Shown here piece by piece: positions 43,513 through 55,719 of a stretch of DNA of 64,000 nucleotides (positions are counted from its first letter, which is position 1; every line of letters starts with the position of its first letter). Source of the DNA: Eledone cirrhosa (taxonomy: Eukaryota); contig OZ024743.1 in assembly GCA_964016885.1 (NCBI GenBank), forward strand, positions 173,786,001-173,850,000, read 5' to 3'. Both the position numbers and the translations under genes were made by a program. The notes below the pieces were generated by a model. The model was not told where the DNA came from. It made no database searches and saw only the letters and a list, made by a program, of their open reading frames with translations.

Positions 43513-43650
43513 GTCTGGATCCTTTGTCAGATAGAGATGTTACCTATATTTTAATATAGGAATTTATGGACGAAGAGTGAATGTTTATAGTGTTTGTACA
43601 AAGTAATGGTCTCCTTTCGCTCTTCTTTTTATGGCATGTAATATACATAT

Positions 43651-43800
43651 AGGCAGTGAATTGGTAGAGTCGTTAGAACAATGGAGAGAATGCTGTGTGG
43701 TATTCTGGCTCTCTGCTCTCTCAGTTCAAATCCCGTTGAGGTCAACTTTGCCTTTCATCCTTTCAAGGTCGATAAAAAAGTACTAGTCCACTGGGGTGGA
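43651..43800 (+). mobile_element. SINE family A, diverged copy
   Basis: GTTCAAATCCCGTTGAGGTCAACTTTGCCTTTCATCCTTTCAAGGTCGATAAA. Confidence 0.83.
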
Positions 43801-44081
43801 TTCTTCCTCTATATCTCTTTCTCATTTTCTCTCTCCAACTTTCTATCTTTCTCTGGGAGAAATCTGCTGTACTCAGGCCTGGAAAGGGATGGGCTCCACC
43901 AGGTTTTAAAATGCTCAAGAAATGGCGTATGTTAATATGGCACCCCTACGACTCTCCCATGTGTTACAGGACCATACTATACCAATATACATATAGAAAA
44001 ATGTATAGTCTAGTTCTCAAGATTATTTTTTTCTCCTTTTACTCAAATTATCATTGTCTTTATATTTGTAGTGTCTGAGTG

Positions 44082-44355
44082 GAAGCACGTAGCTTAGTGG
44101 TAAGGGTGTTGAATTTACGATCATAATGTCATGGATTTAATTCTTGGGGCTGGGTCGTGTGTTGTGTTCTTGAGCAAAACAATTCATTTCACAATGCCCT
44201 AATATACTCAGTTGAAAACAAACACCAGCAATAGCTGGTGATTTAACCCTGCAATGGACTGACGTTGTGAGCAGAGGAGAGTCTTGTACACTCAGTCATT
44301 TCATACCACGAAACCATGATAGGCACTGGCTTGATAAACCTCCTGGCTTGAGACA
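44082..44355 (+). mobile_element. CORE-like tRNA SINE with a different 3' body; related partial copies at 45120-45320 and 47815-48020
   Basis: TAGCTTAGTGGTAAG A box, GTTCTTGAGCAAAACA..CATTTCAC, TTTAACCCTGCAATGGACTG, all shared with 47815-48020 apart from the A box. Confidence 0.72.
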
Positions 44356-44682
44356 AACTCTAGAGTGTGAGTGGTATTATGAATTGTTTTAGCCAAATTC
44401 ACCTGTAGTGAATTATAGCATTATTAATTTATTTCATCATCATCATTGTCATCACTGCTTAACATCTATTTTCCATGCTTGTATGGGTTAAACACATTGT
44501 CCATTTCTGACACTTGACAGATCAGATGGCTGTGTTTCACTCATATATTCCGTTTCGGCATAATTTCTACAGCTAGATACCTTTCCTAACATCAAACATT
44601 TCACAGCCTGTATGAGGTGTGTGTGTTATCATCTGATCTTATCTCAAGTTAATAACTATTTAATTCCTAAGACAGATTTTAA

Positions 44683-44883
44683 GGTCAAAACCAGCTGGCA
44701 GGAGACCCAGGGGTAGACCCCGAGTAACATGGTTGGATAACACCCATGAGCTTGGCTGGTTTTGCTTGGGGATCCAGCCGGATCAATTGGAGACGGTTGC
44801 TTCTGACAGGACCCGCTGGAAGGAGTGTTTGAGGACTCTGTCCCCACGACCCTCTCAGAAATAAGTGGGTGAAGAAGAAGAGC
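44683..44883 (+). mobile_element. Short 3' fragment of a second RTE-like LINE family with (GAA)n tail
   Basis: Homologous to 45647-45843. Confidence 0.8.
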
Positions 44884-45544
44884 TATCTAATTATCATAAA
44901 CATTATGTGCAGGAATAGCCATGGTCCCAGGTTCAAGCCCATTGCATGGCACCTTGTGGTTGAGAAGACATTAGATTACTATTTCTGGTAGATAGTGAGA
45001 CCATATAGAGGCTTCCTCATAGATTTCTATGTATGTGTGTCTGTGTATGTATTTCTTTTTGTATGTATATGTATGTGTGTGTATGTATGTTTGTGTATAT
45101 GTGTATGTATGTAATGTCACGGGTTCCACTCCTGGATTGGCTTGTACATTGTGTCCTTGAGCAAAACACTTCATTTTACATTCCTCTAGTACATTCAGCT
45201 GAAAACGAGTACCCTTAGAAGCTGGGAATTAAACCTGCAATGGGCTGGTGTCTTTTGCAGGAAGGGATGTGGCTTTTACTTTTAGTCGCTTAATGCTGTT
45301 GAAACTGAGATAAGCATCTGGGTTTGGGAGAAAATTTCATAAAAGAAGGTGTTATTTGAAGGATATTTGGCTGTTATTTCTAGCAGATTGAGCAACTGTA
45401 TATAGGCTGCAATATTGGGTCTTATATGTTGTTTATATGTAAACTCTATAAATAGAAACTTTGGTGGTAGTACAGGAGATCAAATAACAGCACCATATTT
45501 AGAATATTTCTCAATTGCGAAGCAATGTTTTTAAGCTCATTTCA

Positions 45545-45843
45545 GGTAGAGTTGCTACTTCACCGAATTGAGAGACCACAGATCCGATACTATGGGCATG
45601 TGGTTAGAATATCTCTGGAAAGAATCGCTGGACAGATTTTTTGGGCTAAACCAGCTGGCAGGAGACCCAGGGGTAGACCCCAAGGAAGATGGTTAGATAA
45701 CATCCATGAGCTTGGCCGGTCTCGCTTGAGGATCCAGCCAGATCAGTTGGAGACGGTTGCTTCTGACAGGACCTGCTGGAAGGAGTTTTTGAGGACTCTG
45801 CACCCACGACCCTCTCAAGAATAAGTAGACGAAGAAGAAGAAG
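45545..45843 (+). mobile_element. RTE-like LINE 3' fragment with (GAA)n tail
   Basis: RYYGHVVR...GRRPRGRPQGRWLDNI...DRTCWK C-terminal motifs, then stop and GAAGAAGAAGAA. Confidence 0.83.
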
Positions 45844-46614
45844 GAGCGCTCACCACTGTAAATGATTTTCAGAGCAATGTTCTTCCTTGCAGTGTACTGT
45901 CAGATTTATTTGTTTCATGTCACGGTTCCTGATATTTCTGGATCTCAGCAGCAGCTGCCCCATTTTCCTATTACCTGATTCACCATGCAGATTGATATAG
46001 CCTTAGAAAGTCAACCATTATGAAAACTGTTAAAACACACAATGAACCCAAGTTGAATGGATTTCAAACAGCTCAAATGTAGGCTGTAGCCTGATCTTTC
46101 TAGAAGGTATTTGTTTGGGACCCTGTCATGCCATGACACTGTGATAATGTAAAATTGCTCACCTTGCCAGTCATACCCTAAATGTTGTTCTTATCTAATG
46201 GTGTAATCCACAAACCCTGAAAATCACTCTTATCTGGTGACAATCTACAAACACTAATTATTGACCCTAACTAGTGGTATAATTTGTGGAACCTAAACAT
46301 TGTTCTTATCTAGTGGTATAATCTGGATTTAGAAAATCTTCAGTTCTAAGATAATGGCAACACCTGATGCCCTAGAGCCCTGAACTTTGATCAAGATTGA
46401 GATTGCCATCTGCAATAATGAGCCCCATGAAGTAGACATACATTCAGCACATCTCCCTCACTATCCTATGGAGTAATACATTCACCATTTTGTCTGCCAG
46501 GGAGGCTATGCTGAAAAACACATGTCCAACCGATGCAAGCATGGAAAGGCTGACGTATAATGATGGTACTATTGTTTTTATATTTTCTGCTAAACCATTG
46601 GTCTCTCTCCAACA

Positions 46615-46830
46615 GGTTTGTGGTCGAGACCATAGCAGCGGAGACTTCAGCTGTCTTTAGCCCTAGGACCTTCCCTACTCATCACCATCCCCACAGAGCT
46701 GCCTACCTGCAGTTGTGAGCTGGAATGGCTCTTCCAACATATCTTCCTCACCATCTTCTGGGGAAATGCCTTCTCTATTGTGGGGCGGCCAGCACGTGGG
46801 CCCACATTTGCTTATAATAGTGAGAGATGG
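46615..46830 (+). mobile_element. Decayed CRE-like non-LTR element C-terminal fragment
   Basis: Nucleotide homology to 62405-62645 (GGAGAC..CCCT.GGACC..CCCTACTCA.CACCATC...GAATGG..CTTCCAAC...CTTATAATAGTG.GAGATGGAG). Confidence 0.6.
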
Positions 46831-46900
46831 AGAGAGTGGGAGAGAGACAGAGGCAGTGACAATGGGTGTTTGATTCTATTATGTTCAGACCTAATATAAT

Positions 46901-47088
46901 TGTTTCTACTTTTGGCACAAGGCCAGCAATTATCCCAGTGCATTACTGGTACTTTATTTTATCGACTCCGTAAGGATGAAAGGCAAAGTTAACCACGGCA
47001 GGATTTGAACTCAGAATGGCAAGGGCCGTAACTCTATGCGTCAAAGCATGGTATCCGATCCTCTACTGATACTGCCAATCCACCACCC
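46901..47088 (-). mobile_element. Full-length SINE family A with target-site duplication
   Basis: TTCAGACCTAATATAAT direct repeats at 46884-46900 and 47089-47105. Confidence 0.93.
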
Positions 47089-47105
47089 TTCAGACCTAAT
47101 ATAAT

Positions 47106-47265
47106 GATAATAATAATTAAATTATTGTGTACAGTGCTCAGGTGCACTACAACTCATCAAAGGTGCATGTATAGTACATAGAATAATGTACAAATGTCAG
47201 GAAAGTGAACAATGTATGAATCATGATATATCCATGTGTGCTTGTGTATGAAGGAGGTTAGGGTA
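47106..47265 (-). mobile_element. CR1-group 3'UTR fragment
   Basis: ATTATTGTGTACAGTGCTCAGGTGCACTACAACTCATCAAAGGTGCATG, as at 40688. Confidence 0.83.
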
Positions 47266-47395
47266 TGTGTACATACATATACACACACACCTGATGAGAA
47301 AATCACCATTGTATTGGAGACAATAACAAACTGGCTCTATACGGCTTCACTACACACACACACACACATGCAGGGACACAGAAACATACACACAT

Positions 47396-47575
47396 AATTG
47401 TTTCTATTTTTGGCACAAGACCAGCAATTACCCAGTGTATTACTGGTACTTTATTTTATCGACCCTGTAAGGATGAAAGGCAAAGTTAACCTTGGCGGGA
47501 TTTGAACTCAGATCATAAAGGGACGTAACTCTGCTTCAAAGCATGGTGCCCGACTCTTTACCGATACTGCTAATT
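47396..47575 (-). mobile_element. SINE family A copy; a further 5' partial copy lies at 48053-48160
   Basis: Reverse complement of head, core and tail. Confidence 0.88.
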
Positions 47576-48236
47576 TTGAACTTCTTAGCTTTAATAGTTT
47601 GAAATATTAGTGTGGGGAGGTTAAAGGTTAGACATTCAGATGTTTGGATGTAGGTATTGAACTTCCCTGGTTGGGTGGCTGCTATTAAAAACATACATTG
47701 AATTCTAGGTCAACCTACCTGCTCTATCCCCTCCTATACTAGTAAACAGATTATGAGATTTTTTTTGTCACTTTATATTATTTTGCGTATTAATGTATGT
47801 ATGTATGTATGTCTGGGTTGTGTGTTGTGTTCTTGAGCAAAACACTTCATTTCACGTTGCTCCAGTATACTCAGCTGAAAATGAGTACCAGTAATAGCTG
47901 GAGGTTTAACCCTGTAATGGACTGGCGTCCTGTCCAGGGGGAAGTCTTGTACTCTCAGTTGCTTCACGTCATGAAACCAGGATAAGCATCGACCAAATGA
48001 GCCTTCTGGCTTAAGACAGACTTTTTAGACTTTATGTATGTATATATATGAGGGGCAAAGTTAACCTCGGCGGGATTTAAACTCAGACCATAAAGGGCCG
48101 TAACTCTTTGGTGCAAAGCATGGCGTCTGACCTCTGCCGATACTGCCAATCCACCGCCCTGATAGAATTAATTAATAATTATTAATAATGGTATATCGTG
48201 CAATGGCCATACTCGATAACGAGAAGTTCAGCCATC

Positions 48237-48276
<40 letters not shown>

Positions 48277-48278
<2 letters not shown>

Positions 48279-51200
48279 TCATCATCGTTTAACGTCTATC
48301 TTCCATGCTAGCATGGGTTAGACGGGAGTTATCCCACTTGAGGAAAGATCGCTTGTATAGGACTATTTGGCAGGTTTTCTACGGCTGGATGCCTTTCCTA
48401 ACACCAACCACACTTACAGTATGGACTGGGAGCTTTTTTACTGTGTTACCTATACGACCACATTACAGCGTGGACTGTGTTTTTTTTTTGTCGTGACACC
48501 TACACGACCTCATTAGTTTGGACTGGATGTTGTGATACCAACAACTTTACAGAGAAAGGGTGGTGTTGGCGGGAGTGGGAGGATGGAGTTGGGGTAATGG
48601 GTTGGGGTGTATGTTTGGTTTGGAGGGGCCTACTGACTGTAAGTTAACTTTGAACGTAGGGAAGGCGGGTCTTCTGTATTACTGCGTGGCGCCAAAGATC
48701 TTGGTCCAGTGACATTGTCTTAGAAATGTGCAAGTGTGCAAAGTTGGAATTTATCATGTCGTCCCAGGTTTTTCTGGGTCTACCTACTCTGTAACTTCCA
48801 TCAATTTTGATCACCCTGCACTTTTTTATGCAGCTGTCGTCTTTCATGCACATCACGTGGCCATACCAACGTAGTCTTCTCTCGAGTAAACCGCATCTGA
48901 TCTCTCTTATTCCTAATTTCTCACTTAGTTCATTTATGTTTTGCTGTTTGTGTATATTACTATTACACATCCAACGGAGCATGCATGCTTCATTCTTTTC
49001 CAGTCTGTGCAGGTCCTCTGCACACAATGCCCATGTCTCACTGCCATGTAACATTGCTGTTCGTATACAAGCATCATACATTCTGCCTTTCATTTTTAGA
49101 GAGAAACCTTTTGTGACCAATAGCGGTATAAGCTCCCTGAACCTTTTCCATCTCGTTCTAACTCTGGCTACTGTACTTTCTGAGCACCCTCCACCACTGC
49201 TGATTTTGTCACCCAGGTAACGGAAAGTGTGCACTATTTCTATAGAACCATCTGGGCAGTAGAAGGAACTAGTATCATGTAGGCACTTGCTACTTATTGC
49301 ACCTGAGCATCGGCCATATATAAAATCTACATTCTAAGATAGCTTGCCTGTGATCCCACTACATCTTTTATGTACCTATAGTTTGCATTTGGGACATAAA
49401 ATGGAATTTCTACCTACTCCTTTCCTACATACTGAACATGGCCATTTCCCAGAGGGGACCTGTGCCCTATTTTCCTTCCTACATCTGACTCAGACTCAGA
49501 AGCTCCCGCGTCTTGCGACGCATGAGGCAATCATAGTGTTCCATCGCGTTCGGTCAGCAGCCAGTTTCACAGCGTCCCGCCATTGTCTGTTTGTCGCTCG
49601 CAGGTCCCTCTCAACTGTCTGGCGCCAGTTCATTTTGGGTCGCCATCTCCGTCTGCTTCCCTGCGGGCTCCATTTAAGTACTTGGTTCGCCAGTCTCTCG
49701 GGGAGGGGGAAGTTTCAAAGCATGTCCAAACCAGCCCATGCATCGCTTGCAGATGGTAGAAGAGACTAGCTGCTGGTTGGTGCGGTTCCTGACTTCCTGG
49801 TTTGTTACATGGTCACTCCATTTAATCCCCAGGATCTTTCGCAGACATCTGGAATCGAATGCATCCAACTTCTTCTCTTGGCTGGTCTTAAGGTGCCATG
49901 TTTCACTTCTGTACAAGAGTGTGGACAGCACGTTGCTGTTGTAGAATCTCATCTTAACTTTAAGGCCTTTTGATTCTAGGCCATGCTTCCATGTTTGGAA
50001 TTTCTTCTCTAGTTCAGCCTTAGATTCAGCTATGAGAGTTAGATCATCTGCCCATGGGCAGCCGGTGTTAAACTCCTCTGTTATAGCCTGAAGGGCAATA
50101 ATAAATAGGAGGGGGCTAAGGACAGAGCCCTGATGAACACCACCTTTTACACTAAATTCTTCACTATATTCGTTGTTAATTCTAACCTTGCTGACTGTTT
50201 CTTTATACATGGCTTGTATAGCTCTCACAAGCCATTCATCAACCCCTAGTTTTCTAAGGGCCCACCAGATAATGGAGTGGGGTCTCTGTCAAAGGCTTTC
50301 TTCAAGTCAAAAAAAGCTAAGTAGAGGGGTTTACTTTTAGTTAGGTACTTCTCCTGAAGTTGTACAAGGAAAAGTGCATCTGTGGTACTTTTACCTGACA
50401 CAAACCCAAACTGCATTTCATCTAGATCAATTCGATCTCTGATTAGTTGTGCTATAACTCTTTCTGTGACCTTAATGACCTGGTCAACTAACTTAATGCT
50501 TCTATAGTTTCCCTTATCTAGGGCATTTCCTTTACCCTTGTAGCAGATAATGATGATACTGCTATGCCAGTCATTTGGTATGACGCCATTCTGTATTACT
50601 TGGTTTACTATCTGGGTGACCATAGTATGTCCCACCATTCCAGATGCTTTCAACATCTCAGCAACTATTTCCGAAGGCCCAGCTGCCTTACCTGTCTTCA
50701 TATCTTTGATTGCTTTACTTATTATACTACCATTAACTTGCACTGCTGGTCCCTCTATCGGATCGATTTGGGACAGACATTTTCCCATTTATTCTCTTTA
50801 GTAGTCTCTCATAGTGACACTTCCAAGCTACCTTCTTATCAGTATCAGTGAGGGCAAGTAGACCATCATCATTACGGACACACTTCTCCCCGACAATATC
50901 ATGGTTTTCCTTGACACATTGTCTTGCGATCTTGAACACCTCATGTTTTTGTTCCTCGCATTGTAGAACATGCTTGAACTTTCTATCCACTGCTTCTCTT
51001 CTTGCAAAGTACACTTGGCTCCTAGCTTCCCTCCTGGCCACTTGATAGTGTTCTCTACTTCTCCCATCCTGCCATACTTTCGAAGCTTGCTTTTTGGCCT
51101 TGATTGTCTCCTCCACCTTACTGTTCCATCACCAAGTTGCTCTCCTCCTGCCTATAGGTCTGCTCCAGCCACAGATTTCATCTGTCGCCTTCAGCAGGTT

Positions 51201-51670
51201 AACTTTCAAGAATTCCCACTGTTCCTCTATATTGCTCTTCCTTACTGTCAAAAGTATCAAGTAATATGCTTTTAAATTTGTTACTGGCTGTGGGGTTCTT
51301 CAACTTCCATATTCTTGTCCTGAAAGTAGTCCTCCTCTGTCATCGAGTACGTCAAGTCCTGAGTATGAGGTCACTAACCAATAGTTGATCAAGTGACTGT
51401 TTCGTTTTTTGAATTTTGTGTTACAGATAGTTAGGTTATTAACGTCACAGAATTCCAGGATTCTGAAGCCTTCCTCATTTCTAGTACCAAACCCATAGCC
51501 TCCATGGATTGCATCATAGCCATCACAATGTTGTCCAACATGACCGTTTAGGTCTTTTATAACATCACATAGGCCAGTTTGGGGTGGATAAGTGGATATT
51601 ATTGTCACAGTAGTTCTATTTAGAACTAATCTTATTTTAATTATTCTGTTGTTCACTCAATTTACAGCAA
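48277..51670 (-). mobile_element. RTE-clade LINE copy 2, decayed (partial AP endonuclease, RT, PHD-type finger), with a nested insertion
   Basis: Fragmented ORFs 51300-51656 (DLNGHVG, ICNT), 50733-51116, 50246-50788 (KAAGP, NYRSIKL, QFGF), 49674-50228 and 48644-49234. Contains frameshifts and a deletion of ELLY before ADD. Confidence 0.93.
49484..49955 (-). mobile_element. Nested 3' fragment of a third RTE family with (CTGAGT)n tail
   Basis: Interrupts colinearity with copy 1 between TTCCTACA and TTAA.TTTAAG. Encodes LLYRSETW...CLRKILGIKWSD...WFGH. Confidence 0.85.
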
Positions 51671-51727
51671 TTACCTTATTTACCCATTTTTCTGTTAACA
51701 TAATTGTATATATATATATATATGTAT

Positions 51728-51866
51728 AACGAAGGAAATGTGGTAAGGAACCAGGTGGACCATAACGCACCAAAGTACTCAATACTTGAGGTAGTAGAGT
51801 GGATAATAGGAACCAGTAAGACCCCGACAGCTGAGCTCAAGCCGTTTCGACGGCTAATTCTGGAAG
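51728..51866 (-). repeat. Second copy of the ~140-bp element at 38465-38605
   Basis: High identity in reverse complement. Confidence 0.9.
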
Positions 51867-51990
51867 TGTATATGTATATATATATGTGTATATATGTATA
51901 TATATATATGTGTATATATATGTATATGTGTATATATATGTATATATATATATATGTGTATATATGTATATATATATGTGTATATATATG

Positions 51991-52021
<31 letters not shown>

Positions 52022-52096
52022 GTGTATATATGTGTATATATATGTATATATATATATATATATGTATATATATGTGTATATATGTATATATATATG

Positions 52097-52127
<31 letters not shown>

Positions 52128-52144
52128 GTGTATATATGTATATA

Positions 52145-52185
<41 letters not shown>

Positions 52186-52264
52186 ATATATGTATATATA
52201 TATGTGTATATATATGTATATATATATATATATATATATGTATATGTGTGTATATATATGTATG

Positions 52265-52295
<31 letters not shown>
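51867..52295. repeat. Long imperfect (TA)n/TATG microsatellite
   Basis: Directly visible. Confidence 0.98.
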
Positions 52296-52296
<1 letters not shown>

Positions 52297-52335
52297 ATAA
52301 ATAAATAACAAAGAACGCTTATAGCATATGCATAT

Positions 52336-52393
52336 CTTTACTTGCTAACATTGTTTCATCCGCACTATAAGTGGGACTCATCAGAGCATAAAG
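52336..52393 (-). ncRNA. Minimal type I hammerhead ribozyme motif (left arm)
   Basis: Exact reverse complement of 55662-55719. Confidence 0.75.
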
Positions 52394-52984
52394 GTTAATT
52401 ACATACCATACAAGCAATAACAAATCCAAGACATTGAAGAATGAAAGGTAATAATAGACGATAGAGGATAAGAATAAAAATAAAAATAAAAATAAAAATA
52501 AAAGTAAAAATAAAAATAAAAATAAGGGGTGCTATCAGTCACAGTTGGGCGGGGTGCTGTCAACATATAGTTACATACAAGCATACACATGGATAAGAGT
52601 ACAGACAAGAGTAGACACATGGATAAGAGAACAGACAAGAGTAGATAAGATAATGGGATTAGGTAAGAGTAGGTAAAAAATAGGTAAAAAATAGGTGAAA
52701 AACAGACTTATAATATATATAAAAAGAAATACAAAGAAATACATAACAAACTTACATATAAAATATAAAAAATAAAATATAGGGTAAGGAATGAGATAAA
52801 ATAATATAAAATTAAAAATTAAAAATTATATACATAGAACATAATATAGTATAATCATAAAATAAGATAAAATAAGGTAAACTAAAATCAAATAACATAG
52901 ACTAAATTAAAATAATATAATATACGATATAATTAAATGTATAATTAAATGTAATTAAATGTAATTAAATAAAATAAAATAAAA

Positions 52985-53027
<43 letters not shown>

Positions 53028-53102
53028 AAATTAAAAATTAAATAAAATTAAAATTAAAATTTTAAAATTTTAAAATTTCAAAATTAAAATTAAAATTTAA
53101 AT

Positions 53103-53138
<36 letters not shown>

Positions 53139-54930
53139 ATGGAGTCAAGTAAGTAAATAAATAAAATTAGATAACATGAAATGAAATAAAATGAAATAAA
53201 GTAAATTGAGATAAGATATATATTTTTTTAGAATATATCTCTTGAATATATCAGGGGCCCACGAAGGCACTAAATGTCACAGTTATATTGACCAATTTTT
53301 TAAAAAATATTTTTCATGAAAACATCAGGGGCCCACGAAGGCACTAAGTGTCACAGTCACCAGTATCACTTGACCATTGCAAGGCAATGGAGGCGTCCCA
53401 GGTTGGGCAGTCTCGAAAGTTCACTCGAAAGTCATGGGTGTGCATTCACACAGTTGAGCGGTGGGGTAATCACAAACCGGTTCACACACGGGCAGGAGTC
53501 AATTGGTCAGAGAGGTGCATCAAAGGAGGTAGAAGAATTCACATGCATTAGCAAGCGAGGTGAGATTAAAGCAAGCAGATACAGTTGTAGCGCATACAAA
53601 ATATATATAAAGACAGAAGATATATAAAAAGCCATTAAGTCACCGCATTGGGACATCACAAGATTGTACACATCAATATGTTCAGCACGTATATGCACGT
53701 ATACACACCACATGCATATGCAGAGACGGTATACATATATATATATATATATTTTTTATATATATACACAGACACATATAACCACCTACACCCATACACA
53801 TATAAATGTATACACGGACACACACACACACACACACAGCGTAGGACACCCGGGTCAAAGCCGATATTAAATACGATATTAAATACGATATTAAACACCG
53901 AAATACCACATTAGACCAGACCCACCACCACAGGTAATATATTCAAAACAAATACATACGATGAGATGTATTAAAATAAAGTTGAAATCCTACGGAGATA
54001 TTCATGTCTGCACGTGCCATTGACCGGTTCGAGTGCACGTACACTCGAACCGGTCAATGGCACGTGCAGACATGAATATCTCCGTAGGATTTCAACTTTA
54101 TTTTAATACATCTCATCGTATGTATTTGTTTTGAATATATTACCTGTGGTGGTGGGTCTGGTCTAATGTGGTATTTCGGTGTTTAATATCGTATTTAATA
54201 TCGGCTTTGACCCGGGTGTCCTACGCTGTGTGTGTGTGCGTGTGTGTCCGTGTATACATTTATATGTGTATGGGTGTAGGTGGTTATATGTGTCTGTGTA
54301 TATATATAAAATATATATATATATATGTATACCGTCTCTGCATATGCATGTGGTGTGTATACGTGCATATACGTGCTGAACATATTGATGTGTACAATCT
54401 TGTGATGTCCCAATGCGGTGACTTAATGGCTTTTTATATATCTTCTGTCTTTATATATATTTTGTATGCGCTACAACTGTATCTGCTTGCTTTAATCTCA
54501 CCTCGCTTGCTAATGCATGTGAATTCTTCTACCTCCTTTGATGCACCTCTCTGACCAATTGACTCCTGCCCATGTGTGAACCGGTTTGTGATTACCCCAC
54601 CGCTCAACTGTGTGAATGCACACCCATGACTTTCGAGTGAACTTTCGAGACTGCCCAACCTGGGACGCCTCCATTGCCTTGCAATGGTCAAGTGATACTG
54701 GTGACTGTGACACTTAGTGCCTTCGTGGGCCCCTGATGTTTTCATGAAAAATATTTTTTAAAAAATTGGTCAAGTGATACATATAACTGTGACATTTAGT
54801 GCCTTCGTGGGCCCCTGATATATTCAAGAGATATATTCTAAAAAAATATATATCTTATCTCAATTTACTTTATTTCATTTTATTTCATTTCATGTTATCT
54901 AATTTTATTTATTTACTTACTTGACTCCAT

Positions 54931-54970
<40 letters not shown>

Positions 54971-55053
54971 ATTTAAATTTAAATTTTAATTTTGAAATTT
55001 TAAAATTTTAAAATTTAAATTTTAATTTTATTTATTTATTTAATTTTTAATTT

Positions 55054-55092
<39 letters not shown>

Positions 55093-55661
55093 TTTTATTT
55101 TATTTAATTTAATTACATTTAATTATACATTTAATTATATCTTATATTATATTATTTTAATTTAGTCTATGTTATTTGATTTTAGTTTACCTTATTTTAT
55201 CTTATTTTATGATTATACTATATTATGTTCTATGTATATAATTTTTAATTTTTAATTTTATATTATTTTATCTCATTCCTTACCCTATATTTTATTTTTT
55301 ATATTTTATATGTAAGTTTGTTATGTATTTCTTTGTATTTCTTTTTATATATATTATAAGTCTGTTTTTCACCTATTTTTTACCTATTTTTTACCTACTC
55401 TTACCTAATCCCATTATCTTATCTACTCTTGTCTGTTCTCTTATCCATGTGTCTACTCTTGTCTGTACTCTTATCCATGTGTATGCTTGTATGTAACTAT
55501 ATGTTGACAGCACCCCGCCCAACTGTGACTGATAGCACCCCTTATTTTTATTTTTATTTTTACTTTTATTTTTATTTTTATTCTTATCCTCTATCGTCTA
55601 TTATTACCTTTCATTCTTCAATGTCTTGGATTTGTTATTGCTTGTATGGTATGTAATTAAC

Positions 55662-55719
55662 CTTTATGCTCTGATGAGTCCCACTTATAGTGCGGATGAA
55701 ACAATGTTAGCAAGTAAAG
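55662..55719 (+). ncRNA. Minimal type I hammerhead ribozyme motif (right arm)
   Basis: CTTTA-TGCT | CTGATGA | GTCC-CAC-TTATA-GTG-C-GGAT (stem II) | GAAA-C-AAT-G-TT | AGCA-AG-TAAAG (stem I). Predicted cleavage after GUU at 55708. Confidence 0.75.

Noticed and set aside
46175-46330. Degenerate ~40-bp repeats (TTCTTATCTAGTGGTATAAT-like)
   Set aside because: Too few and too diverged to define a unit or function confidently.
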